Shown here piece after piece: positions 37,564-45,998 of a DNA stretch of 64,000 bases. Below the pieces are notes generated by a model that was not told where the DNA came from, did no database searches, and saw nothing but the letters and a program-made list of their open reading frames with translations. Both the position numbers and the translations under genes were made by a program. The stretch spans positions 124,001 to 188,000 of the IMG/VR virus record IMGVR_UViG_3300025536_000010; one strand, 5' to 3'. Numbering within the stretch: the first letter of the stretch is position 1; each line of letters begins with the position of its first letter.

Positions 37564-38040
37564 GTGGCGCGCACGAAATGCGTGATGATGCTCGTCGTTG
37601 AGTACGACGACGAAAAGACAGACGACGAGAGCGTCGCCTCCGCCTTGGATGGGGTCATGAAGTTCGGCCTGCGCGAACTCCAGCAGGACATGAACCACGA
37701 CTACGGCATCGTGGTCGTGGACATGACCAAAGGGTTCTACCCGTCGACCCAGAACCCGGATAACCCGCAGACACCGGACTGTTGGATCGACCTCGAAGAC
37801 GACGCCTCCACGATAGTCGGGCAGCCGAAGCCGCTCAGGATGCAACTCTACGAGGACAGTTACGGCGGCAGTGTCGCAGTCCTGAACAACGCCGGGGACC
37901 ACATGGCCCAGGTGTCTCTGGACTACTTCAACAACAAACTCCAAGCTATCATCTACGCCGACAGCGAGCAACCTATCGCTCAGCATGTTATTGTCGAGGA
38001 CGTGGAGGTGGCCCGTGCGCAGGCGTCTGCGGAAAGCTGA
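37564..38040 (+). CDS. hypothetical protein
   Basis: SD GGGAGG, GTG start. Confidence 0.7.
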   Translation: MARTKCVMMLVVEYDDEKTDDESVASALDGVMKFGLRELQQDMNHDYGIVVVDMTKGFYPSTQNPDNPQTPDCWIDLEDDASTIVGQPKPLRMQLYEDSYGGSVAVLNNAGDHMAQVSLDYFNNKLQAIIYADSEQPIAQHVIVEDVEVARAQASAES

Positions 38041-38329
38041 CGTCCGCGTCGGCGACAAAGTGACTTGCATCGAGCGTGTCGATGCGTACTACTCGAACTA
38101 TGGGGGCAACCCCGAATGCTGGTTCGAGCCAGGAGAGGTGGGCGTGGTTGGTGCCGTGGATGTTCCCTGCACCACCTACGCCTACCGGAAACGGGGTGGC
38201 ACGGCCTCGTTCGTCTGTGTGGATTTCGAGAAACACGGACAGACGTGGCGCTGTGCCCTCTACTACAACAATGTCAGGAGACTGAAATGCCGAAGTCCAG
38301 AGGTAAGACCGTCGAGAACGCCAAGGTGA
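38015..38329 (+). CDS. hypothetical protein
   Basis: GGAGG SD before GTG 38015. Confidence 0.55.
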   Translation: MRRRLRKADVRVGDKVTCIERVDAYYSNYGGNPECWFEPGEVGVVGAVDVPCTTYAYRKRGGTASFVCVDFEKHGQTWRCALYYNNVRRLKCRSPEVRPSRTPR

Positions 38330-39063
38330 AGAAGAAGTTCGACAAGATCTACGCCCAGAAGGAGAAGGACAAGAAGCCGAAGAAGGACACCAAGCCGAAC
38401 ATCGACTACCTGGTCAAGAAAGTCGACAAGTCCCAGAAGGACAAAAGCAAGGACCGCCCCAAGGAAAAAAAGGCGAAGAAGGAAAAGATCGCCTACTACG
38501 GCATGGACGGCGTGAAGGACAAGAAGCAGAAGCACGCTGTCGACCTGCTGCTGTACGAACTGCACCGCCTCAGCAAGCTGCCCGCCGAATGCACCATCAA
38601 GGTGTTCGGCGAGTACGACCGCGTCACGCAGAGCAACGACAAGAAGTTCCACTACTGGCGGGTGGACGAGATCGACGTGCAGTACCCCAACGGGGTGCAT
38701 GCGTCATTCCAAAACGGCACCCCCGAGGCCCTGGGCCTGCTCTACGCTTGCCAGCGCCTGCTGGAAGTCGCCCACGTCGAGCCGCGTCGCCCCAGAGGCT
38801 GGAGCAGCGACCTCGATGAGCGTCAGGACGCCATCGACGCCCTGGAAGTCGTCTGGAAGATGGGCGAGAAACCGGCCAAGAGCGATCCCTACGTCGGCCA
38901 AGTCTCGCCGGCCCAACCGCAGCCGGCGACCGAGCCGTCCGCGGCCGAGAACCTGCACGACCAGCTGATGGCCGAGTCCAACGAAGCGTCCGGGCGCATG
39001 CCGGACGAAGGTGACGACGACGAACCGCAGGCCCCGGCCCGCGACAACGAAGAAGACGAGTGA
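38287..39063 (+). CDS. hypothetical protein with Lys-rich N-terminus and acidic C-terminus
   Basis: AGGAG SD before ATG 38287. Confidence 0.7.
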   Translation: MPKSRGKTVENAKVKKKFDKIYAQKEKDKKPKKDTKPNIDYLVKKVDKSQKDKSKDRPKEKKAKKEKIAYYGMDGVKDKKQKHAVDLLLYELHRLSKLPAECTIKVFGEYDRVTQSNDKKFHYWRVDEIDVQYPNGVHASFQNGTPEALGLLYACQRLLEVAHVEPRRPRGWSSDLDERQDAIDALEVVWKMGEKPAKSDPYVGQVSPAQPQPATEPSAAENLHDQLMAESNEASGRMPDEGDDDEPQAPARDNEEDE

Positions 39064-39073
39064 CATCGACGCC

Positions 39074-39102
39074 ACCCGCCCCGGTGCCCAACCGGGGCGG
39101 GT
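39074..39102 (+). other. intergenic stem-loop
   Basis: ACCCGCCCCGGT-GCCCA-ACCGGGGCGGGT 12-bp stem. Confidence 0.7.
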
Positions 39103-39117
39103 AGTGGGAGGAATAGC

Positions 39118-39324
39118 ATGTTCTCCAGGAAGTTCGTCCGCCGGACCACGACCAGGACAACCAAGCCGGACGGTACGGTGGAAGAGAAGACAGTGGTGGA
39201 GCACGACGAGGGCGCCACCGAGCAGGACTTGGAGAAGACCCAGGCCGACGCCAACAAGGAGTTCGGCAAAATGGACAACTTCTTCAAGAAGATGGACGCT
39301 GCCTTCAAGGAACTATGGGACTAA
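39118..39324 (+). CDS. small hypothetical protein
   Basis: SD GGGAGG; TAATG coupling. Confidence 0.65.
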   Translation: MFSRKFVRRTTTRTTKPDGTVEEKTVVEHDEGATEQDLEKTQADANKEFGKMDNFFKKMDAAFKELWD

Positions 39325-39635
39325 TGAACCGAGGCCGGCAAGTCCGCCGGCACAACGACCGCGTCTACATGATGGCTTTCGACGAGGATGGTGACGACGT
39401 CTACCCGCACTTCCTCGTCATCTGCCCACCCGACATCAAAACCAAGCTGCGGGCCACCGAGGTCATGGACCGCATCTTCCGCGAGACGGTGCAAACGAAC
39501 ATCGTCAAGAACCAGAACCAAGGCGAAGACTGGACCTACGACGATTACGCGAAGGCGCTCAAGAAAGCCGGTTTCGAGATCATCCAGGCCGGCTTCTGGG
39601 TGGAAAACGCCTGCAACATGAAAGGGGTCCGGTAA
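39324..39635 (+). CDS. hypothetical protein
   Basis: TAATG coupling at both ends. Confidence 0.65.
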   Translation: MNRGRQVRRHNDRVYMMAFDEDGDDVYPHFLVICPPDIKTKLRATEVMDRIFRETVQTNIVKNQNQGEDWTYDDYAKALKKAGFEIIQAGFWVENACNMKGVR

Positions 39636-40279
39636 TGGGACCGTATCGAAAAGAGTACGGACAAGGCGTCTGGCGCGTCTTCGGCAACAGCTCCGACGAC
39701 GGCGAGACGCCGGTGCTGGACGACTGTGTGGCTACCCTGCAAACGAGCAGTCTGGCCGACGCGCTGATCGAGCACCTGGAAGGCGAACGCCGGCTGCTGG
39801 TGATCGACGTCTCTGGCGGCGTGGTCCAGGAAGTTTGGGCGCCGTCTGGGTTCGAGGTCGTCCTGATCGACCACGACAACATGCAAGAAGGCGACCCGCC
39901 GTGCATCTACCCCAACGCCACGCTTGCCGACATGGACGAAGACGTGTGGGACCAGGTCCGCGTCGCCACTGGTGAGGGCCTGGGGACGTTCCAGTTTTCG
40001 GTCGAAGGCTATTGGGAAAACTTTAACGAAGGCACCGTAGCCGACGAAGGCAAGAACTGGTGGGTCAATGCGCCCGACCAGGAGGCCGTCGAGAAGTTCA
40101 TGGCGCTCAACGGACTCAAACTGGACGAGGGCGGCATCTCGCAGATCAGCAAGCACCACATCAGCGACGGCGTAGACGCCGTGGTTGAGCCGGACGGCAA
40201 ATACATCTGGTTGGCCGCTTACCGCGAAGAGGAGATCGCCGGTGCCGAGGAAAAAACAGGACCGGAAGCGGTGGGGTAA
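39635..40279 (+). CDS. hypothetical acidic protein
   Basis: IDVSGGVVQEV...IDHDN motif common in phage hypothetical proteins. Confidence 0.7.
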   Translation: MGPYRKEYGQGVWRVFGNSSDDGETPVLDDCVATLQTSSLADALIEHLEGERRLLVIDVSGGVVQEVWAPSGFEVVLIDHDNMQEGDPPCIYPNATLADMDEDVWDQVRVATGEGLGTFQFSVEGYWENFNEGTVADEGKNWWVNAPDQEAVEKFMALNGLKLDEGGISQISKHHISDGVDAVVEPDGKYIWLAAYREEEIAGAEEKTGPEAVG

Positions 40280-40446
40280 AAAATGCCCAGGCTGCGGCGC
40301 TGTGCAAAAGACAGCTAACCTGTGCAGCTGGTGCTACCCCATTGGCACCCACGACAACGTGCAGGAGCCGCACCCGGTCAAAGACAGCCTAATCGCACGC
40401 TACGCGGTGCTGGCTGACAACGAACAACCGCTATTCGGAGAAGACC

Positions 40447-40851
40447 GTGATTCATAACTACATCCACCAGAGCCTGCTCGAAGCTGCGACCCAGGCTAGC
40501 TGGGACGAGGACTCCCAGATCCTCATGCTGGTGACCTTCCTGGCGAAGCTCGACGACCAGGACGGCACCCTGCACGAGCAGTTCAAGATGTACCTGGCCG
40601 AGCAGGCCGAGGCCGAAGACAACTCTGGCGAGCCGGAAACCGGCGAGAAGGGCTGGTCCCGCACGAGCAGCGGCGTCTTGCACTACATCATGCAGGTGCT
40701 CGACAAGACTGACCCGCGCCGCTGGTCCGTCCGGGCCGCGTGCGCCAAGAAGCTGTTCGTGCAGCCTAAGTATTTCGGCAAGCCGCTGCCGGCGCGGCAC
40801 GACCAGGTTTGCGCCACCTGTGCGAGGAAACACGGCGATGAGTACCAATAA
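40447..40851 (+). CDS. hypothetical protein with C-terminal Cys motifs
   Basis: AACAK...VCATC. Confidence 0.6.
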   Translation: MIHNYIHQSLLEAATQASWDEDSQILMLVTFLAKLDDQDGTLHEQFKMYLAEQAEAEDNSGEPETGEKGWSRTSSGVLHYIMQVLDKTDPRRWSVRAACAKKLFVQPKYFGKPLPARHDQVCATCARKHGDEYQ

Positions 40852-40863
40852 GAGGGGCGACTG

Positions 40864-41619
40864 ATGCCAAGAAAAAGTAAGCGCAGTTACAGCATCGACG
40901 TTGCAGCGCCGGAGTTATGCGAGGCCGTCCAGGCGGAGATCGGTCAGGCGCTCGACGTGATCGAGAAGCACTGGGGCTTCCGCCCGCAGTTGGACACGCA
41001 TTTCGATGGCATGCTGTACGTCCACGCAGACTTCAACCTGAAAGGCTTCGCCCACAAAGGAGCCGGCGTCTTCGTTAAACCGTCAAACCTTGCAAGGGTG
41101 ACGCCGAGAGAAATCTGCCGACGCATCGTCGGCGAGCTTGTGCAGCACCGTAACACCTGCAAAGAGTGCGGCACAAACACCATCGGCTTATGGGAGCGCG
41201 TGTACCGACAAAAGCGCGGTGCGGGCAGAGACGCACTAGCCCTCAACCCCGAGTACAACGTACCGCCTGATCCGGTTGAGCAGTACCTCTTTCCTGGACT
41301 GTCCAGGCAGCTAGCGGCCCTGCTTGAATCTAAAGAGAAACGGCTTGCGGATCGCCAAGCCGTATTGTCTGCCTACGTCGATCTGTGCGAGGGACGCGAC
41401 TTGCATGTCGGCGGGGCGCTGCATGTGCGAAACACCATGACAGGAAAAGAGTCCTGGGGCTCGATTGTGAAACTTTCGATACAGAACGGGTGTTTGACAG
41501 CCGAACTGGAAGTACGCGGCGTTGACGGTGAGGTCGTCCGCGTAACCGTACCCATACGCGGAGAACTGTCAACGCGCATACCGATTAAGCCGTTGGCACT
41601 AGAAAACGAGGGAGGTTGA
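40864..41619 (+). CDS. hypothetical protein, lower-GC codon usage
   Basis: 251 aa; CKECG. Confidence 0.65.
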   Translation: MPRKSKRSYSIDVAAPELCEAVQAEIGQALDVIEKHWGFRPQLDTHFDGMLYVHADFNLKGFAHKGAGVFVKPSNLARVTPREICRRIVGELVQHRNTCKECGTNTIGLWERVYRQKRGAGRDALALNPEYNVPPDPVEQYLFPGLSRQLAALLESKEKRLADRQAVLSAYVDLCEGRDLHVGGALHVRNTMTGKESWGSIVKLSIQNGCLTAELEVRGVDGEVVRVTVPIRGELSTRIPIKPLALENEGG

Positions 41620-41623
41620 CGGA

Positions 41624-41854
41624 GTGGCGCTGCCTACCATCAACATCATCATCGAAGGGCCGGCGTGCGAAGAACGCCTGGCACTCTGCTACTTGCTGCA
41701 CCGGGAACTGCTCCACTCGCAGTTTCCGACGCAGTGCAACGAAACGTCTGTGCCGCACAACTACATCCAGAAGCTCGTCAGCTACCGTGAGGCCCTCAAA
41801 GCCGACGGTGTGACGCTGTCGATCACAACCAGAGAGGGTAATGCCGGTGGATGA
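41624..41854 (+). CDS. small hypothetical protein
   Basis: GGAGG SD; fills the gap between neighbours. Confidence 0.5.
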   Translation: MALPTINIIIEGPACEERLALCYLLHRELLHSQFPTQCNETSVPHNYIQKLVSYREALKADGVTLSITTREGNAGG

Positions 41855-42743
41855 GTACCAACTGTTTCATAAGCAGCGGATCATGTTCGCCATCGTGCCC
41901 GGTGAAAAGCTGGTCATTCTTTCTGATCCCGGCTTCATGACGCACGAGCAGTGGTTCAAAGCCCGAGGCTGGGAGCGCTACCTCGACAGTGCCACCCGCG
42001 GCTACTGGCACGCGCCCACCAACGTCGTCGCGTTCTACAGCGGCCCCTACTTCGACGCGGACGCGCGGGACGAGAAAGCATTCCTGGCCAACCTGCGCGA
42101 CCTGGTTTACCATCTCAGCATTCCCGGCGACGCCAGGGTCTGGGCCGGCGTGCAGCCGCAGGACAAGCCAGGCGGGCAGTGGCCGCCGCGAAAAGAGTTG
42201 GGGACAGTGGCCAAGTTCTTGCCGGCCGCAAAGAAGTCCTACGCCAAAAAGACAATGGGCTGCGGCGTGTTCGTCGTCAGGTACGAGGCCAACGCCGGCC
42301 ACGCCATCCTGCTGGGCCGCCGCGGCCCTGAGTGCAAGTGGGGCAGCGGCCTCTGGGCGCTCCCCGGCGGCATGATCGACGAAGGCGACACGCTCGAACA
42401 GACGGCCCTCAAGGAGGTCGAACAGGAGACGGGCCTGGTCGTGTCCCTGCCCGTCGCCTGGCCGCCGTTCTGCGTGCGTGGGTTGCTGGCCGTCACAGAC
42501 CACACGGCCGAGGAGATGCACCCCGAGATGAAGATGGAGCACATGTCCTCCTGGATCTTGGCGCACTACCGCGGCGGCGAGCCGCAGATCAAGGAGCCGA
42601 CGAAGTGTCTGGAGTGGCGCTGGTGGCACCTGCGCCAACTCCGGCTGATCGAAGGCTGCCACGACCGAGCGCACCCCCAGTATTACTGGTTGCCGTTCGA
42701 CCTTTGGCAGCACCTGCTACGGCCGCATTGTGGAGAGTTTTGA
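41841..42743 (+). CDS. Nudix hydrolase with uncharacterised N-terminal domain
   Basis: Nudix box WALPGGMIDEGDTLEQTALKEVEQETGL; KEPTKCLEWRWW. Confidence 0.85.
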   Translation: MPVDEYQLFHKQRIMFAIVPGEKLVILSDPGFMTHEQWFKARGWERYLDSATRGYWHAPTNVVAFYSGPYFDADARDEKAFLANLRDLVYHLSIPGDARVWAGVQPQDKPGGQWPPRKELGTVAKFLPAAKKSYAKKTMGCGVFVVRYEANAGHAILLGRRGPECKWGSGLWALPGGMIDEGDTLEQTALKEVEQETGLVVSLPVAWPPFCVRGLLAVTDHTAEEMHPEMKMEHMSSWILAHYRGGEPQIKEPTKCLEWRWWHLRQLRLIEGCHDRAHPQYYWLPFDLWQHLLRPHCGEF

Positions 42744-42899
42744 TGAAGACCGCGAAAGAGTTCAAGACGTTCCAGGAACTGCGTCGCTGGTGGTATTCGC
42801 GCCCAGTCGATCCGCGACCAGCGCAGCAGACGGCCCCGCCCAGTCAACAACTAGGGCAGGGCCATAAGAACACAGCGCGTCACTTAAAACAATGACGAT

Positions 42900-44081
42900 T
42901 TATTTGACCGTCGCGTAGGCGGAGGCCCAGGCTTCCATCTCAGCCTTGTTGAATCCCTGCCGGGCCTCGGCTGCCTTGGTCATGACCGGGGCAATGCCGT
43001 GGTCCGACAGGAGCGAATCGAGCATCTCGGCGTCTGGCCTCGGGAGGGTGGCCACTTCCTCGGCCATCTTCTCGGGGTCCACGTCACCCAGGGCCGTCTT
43101 GACCCGGTCGGCGAACTCGTCGCCGAGCAGGGCCTGCACGTCCGGCAAAGCCAGCTTCTTGAACGCCGACTTCTCATAGCCCTTACCGCTGGTGGTGAAG
43201 ACGTGCTCCACCATCGCGGAAGCGGCCTTGGAGAAAGTGGCCTTGAAGATGACCTCCTCGGGCCGCGGCAGACCTTCCTGGTACATACCCACGAAGTTCA
43301 GCCGGCGGTCCAGTTGGTCGATGGTATCGGCGAGTTTGACGAGGGCCTCCGGCTGGAGGGCCTTGCGAGGGGTGTCCTTGACGAACTTGGCGATCTTGAA
43401 GAACTCGGTACGGACGGTGTCGTTCTTCACGCGGCGGGCGCGGTCTTCGATCATCCGCACGACCTCGGTCGGATCGCACACGCCCATGCCGGCCTGCTTC
43501 TCCAGGAACTCGCGCTCGCTGCTGATGGCGGCGCCCAGGCGTGCAGCCTTCTCCAAGATCTTCTTGGACATCGTGTGCCGAATCGTGAACGGGAACTTGT
43601 CGCGGTGTTCGAGGACATACTCGGCCGCCGCCTTGACCTCGGCAGCCGTCTTCATCCGCAGGTGCCGGTCTTTGCGGCCCTGCTCGTCGACGAAGACGTA
43701 AGCGAACTCGGTGTCGGGCAGCTGGGCCTCGGCGTTCTTGTGCAAGTCGGCCCAGCGGCTGCGGACGGCCTCGCAGGCGGCCTTGATTCCCCAGTAGTCG
43801 ACGTACTGGGTGAGCAGGCGTTCGATGTGAACGCGGTCCTTTGGGTGGAACTCGGCGCGCTTCTCCTGGTAGTATAGGACCGACAGCCAAGTGGATGCGG
43901 CGCTGTCGCAGGGGTACTGCTTCCGCACCGGATCGGCATAAACGGTGTCGGGCCGCGTCCGTGGGCTCGTGATCTGGTCAAGGTTGGCCTGCTTGACGAA
44001 ACTCGGGAAGTCGTACTGCTTAGCAAGGCGTGCGAGTTCGACGTGGTTTTTGTCGGCGACATGGTCTGCAAGGAATGGCAT
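42900..44081 (-). CDS. hypothetical protein rich in K-x-A motifs (possible internal head protein)
   Basis: ATG at 44081 with GGAGG SD; 393 aa; repeated KQA/KAA/KIA/KLA. Confidence 0.75.
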   Translation of the reverse strand: MPFLADHVADKNHVELARLAKQYDFPSFVKQANLDQITSPRTRPDTVYADPVRKQYPCDSAASTWLSVLYYQEKRAEFHPKDRVHIERLLTQYVDYWGIKAACEAVRSRWADLHKNAEAQLPDTEFAYVFVDEQGRKDRHLRMKTAAEVKAAAEYVLEHRDKFPFTIRHTMSKKILEKAARLGAAISSEREFLEKQAGMGVCDPTEVVRMIEDRARRVKNDTVRTEFFKIAKFVKDTPRKALQPEALVKLADTIDQLDRRLNFVGMYQEGLPRPEEVIFKATFSKAASAMVEHVFTTSGKGYEKSAFKKLALPDVQALLGDEFADRVKTALGDVDPEKMAEEVATLPRPDAEMLDSLLSDHGIAPVMTKAAEARQGFNKAEMEAWASAYATVK

Positions 44082-44082
44082 T

Positions 44083-45693
44083 ATGGGCTCCCTCCGTACG
44101 TTGCAAACCCACGCTCCGTGGGTTCCCATTTTGAATATCCTGGAGTGCCCCGTCCGTACCCACGCGCTTCCGGCGCGTGCCACATGTCCCTTGTGTCGGG
44201 GAACCAGGTTGACTGTCTATGAGGATACCATAAGCGGTGGTGCCTGGCACTACTGCTTTGACTGCAAAAGCGCCGGGGACATGATCGAACTGGCTGCCAG
44301 GGCCTGGGGTTGCGGCCCAGATGCCGCTGTGCAGCGCCTGGTCGCCGAGGGTGTGCCGCTGCCGGAGGACAAGATCACCAGCGCGCAGGTGAGCTATTAC
44401 GTTCGGCACCGCCCGGAGTCGCAGAAGCGGCTCCGGGACTTCCGCGACTACACACGCGACTACCTGGCCAAGGTCCGCTCGAACTACCTGGGCAGCCTGC
44501 GGGCGGTCTTGCGGCTCACCAGCCAACTCACCGGCGAGCGCTGGACAGCCGGGCCGGGTCGCCTCTTCGGGGCCTGTCACCGCAAAAAGGTCGAGCAGAC
44601 TTTCAACCCCGGGCACTCCGGCCTGAACAAAACTTTTCGCGGCGAAGGCTGGACGGAGGTGCTGGCTTTTCCCTTCGAGGACGTGCCCGACCGGATCTGC
44701 GGTTTCCTGTTCGTCGGCCGGCACGGCGGCAAAGGCGACAGCGTCTTCCGCACCCCAGAGGCCCTCAACTACAGCCACATGAAAGCGTCCGACCGCCCCG
44801 AAGCTGGGTTGTTTGGCCTCAGCACGGTCGAAGACTCAAAAGCCATATTTGGCAACTTCGTAGTGGGTGTCGACGACCCGTGCCTGGTCTTACGGCTCCA
44901 GCTGCGGCACTTCCGTACGGCCGCGGCGTCGCTGCCGCTGGTGGCCTTCCACGACAGCCCGAGAGGGTTGACCCGCTGGGGCTGGCGCTGTCTGACAGGC
45001 AAGATGCCGCTCCTTTGGGGTTGGCAGCTGACACCCGGCTTGCTGGCCCAGGCGATCCGCAGTGAAGGCATGATTGCGCTCACGCCGCTGGCGACCGTGG
45101 ACGTCAAAAGCGTCGACCACTATCTGCGCGACGAGGAACCGCGCGACCTGTTTCGCCGGATCATCAAACGGGCTTTGCCCTGGCAAGACGCCCTCAAGGT
45201 CTGGTGCGAGACAGCGGCACCGGGCGCCGTCGCGGACCTGGTTGCCAACCTGGTGCCCTACGAACTGGACAGCAGCGGCTTGGCCAAGATCCACGGCAAG
45301 CTGGCAGACGCCCTGGCCGCCCCGAGTACGCCGCGCACGGTCAAGATGGGCCGCTTCACCCTGATCGAAGCCAACGACCAGTGGTGGTCACACAGCCAAG
45401 CCAACAAGCAGCTGGTCATGAATGCAGTGCTGCGCATCGACCGAGTGGCCGTACGGGATTCGGACCCCAAGCACCCGAGCGTGCCGCACTACATCGGCCG
45501 GATCGTCTATCGCGGCCAGGAGATCCCCTTCGAGCTACCTGTCTCGACCATGCAGCACTACCCAGAAAAGATCCTCCAGGACCGGCTTGCCAGGGCCGGT
45601 GTCAAGCAACCTCTCTTCGTGGCTCCGGGTTGGCAGCGTGGTGTCCGCCTGAGCAAGGTCGCGCTCCTGTTCCACACGCCCGACGCGACGTAA
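44083..45693 (+). CDS. primase-like protein with N-terminal Zn finger
   Basis: CPLC...WHYCFDCKSAGDMIEL resembles the DnaG Zn-binding domain; AFPF..V..RICGF and GLFGL core motifs. Confidence 0.6.
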   Translation: MGSLRTLQTHAPWVPILNILECPVRTHALPARATCPLCRGTRLTVYEDTISGGAWHYCFDCKSAGDMIELAARAWGCGPDAAVQRLVAEGVPLPEDKITSAQVSYYVRHRPESQKRLRDFRDYTRDYLAKVRSNYLGSLRAVLRLTSQLTGERWTAGPGRLFGACHRKKVEQTFNPGHSGLNKTFRGEGWTEVLAFPFEDVPDRICGFLFVGRHGGKGDSVFRTPEALNYSHMKASDRPEAGLFGLSTVEDSKAIFGNFVVGVDDPCLVLRLQLRHFRTAAASLPLVAFHDSPRGLTRWGWRCLTGKMPLLWGWQLTPGLLAQAIRSEGMIALTPLATVDVKSVDHYLRDEEPRDLFRRIIKRALPWQDALKVWCETAAPGAVADLVANLVPYELDSSGLAKIHGKLADALAAPSTPRTVKMGRFTLIEANDQWWSHSQANKQLVMNAVLRIDRVAVRDSDPKHPSVPHYIGRIVYRGQEIPFELPVSTMQHYPEKILQDRLARAGVKQPLFVAPGWQRGVRLSKVALLFHTPDAT

Positions 45694-45717
45694 AACCAGG
45701 CCCTCCTGGCCGCTGCG

Positions 45718-45750
45718 AGGCCCCAGGTGGCTCCTGGGGCCTTTTTTGTT
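45718..45750 (+). terminator. intrinsic terminator
   Basis: AGGCCCCAGG-TGGCT-CCTGGGGCCT followed by TTTTTGTT. Confidence 0.85.
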
Positions 45751-45998
45751 CAGGACGCGGCAGCGGGCCGCTAATGCAACGGGAAGGGCCTTTCCAAAGT
45801 GTTAAGATAGGTAAGATAGGTAACATGTACGATAATAGTGCCTTCCGCGCTTGCGGCAGGGCCGCGCGCATGGTATCATTCATGTACAGTCTCCGTTGCG
45901 CAGTGCCACCGTTGCGGGTAAGCCACTGCCGACGCAAGATTCTTCCAGCGGCCGACACTACTGCGGGTAGTGCCGGCCGCAACCTTTTCCTACCCACA

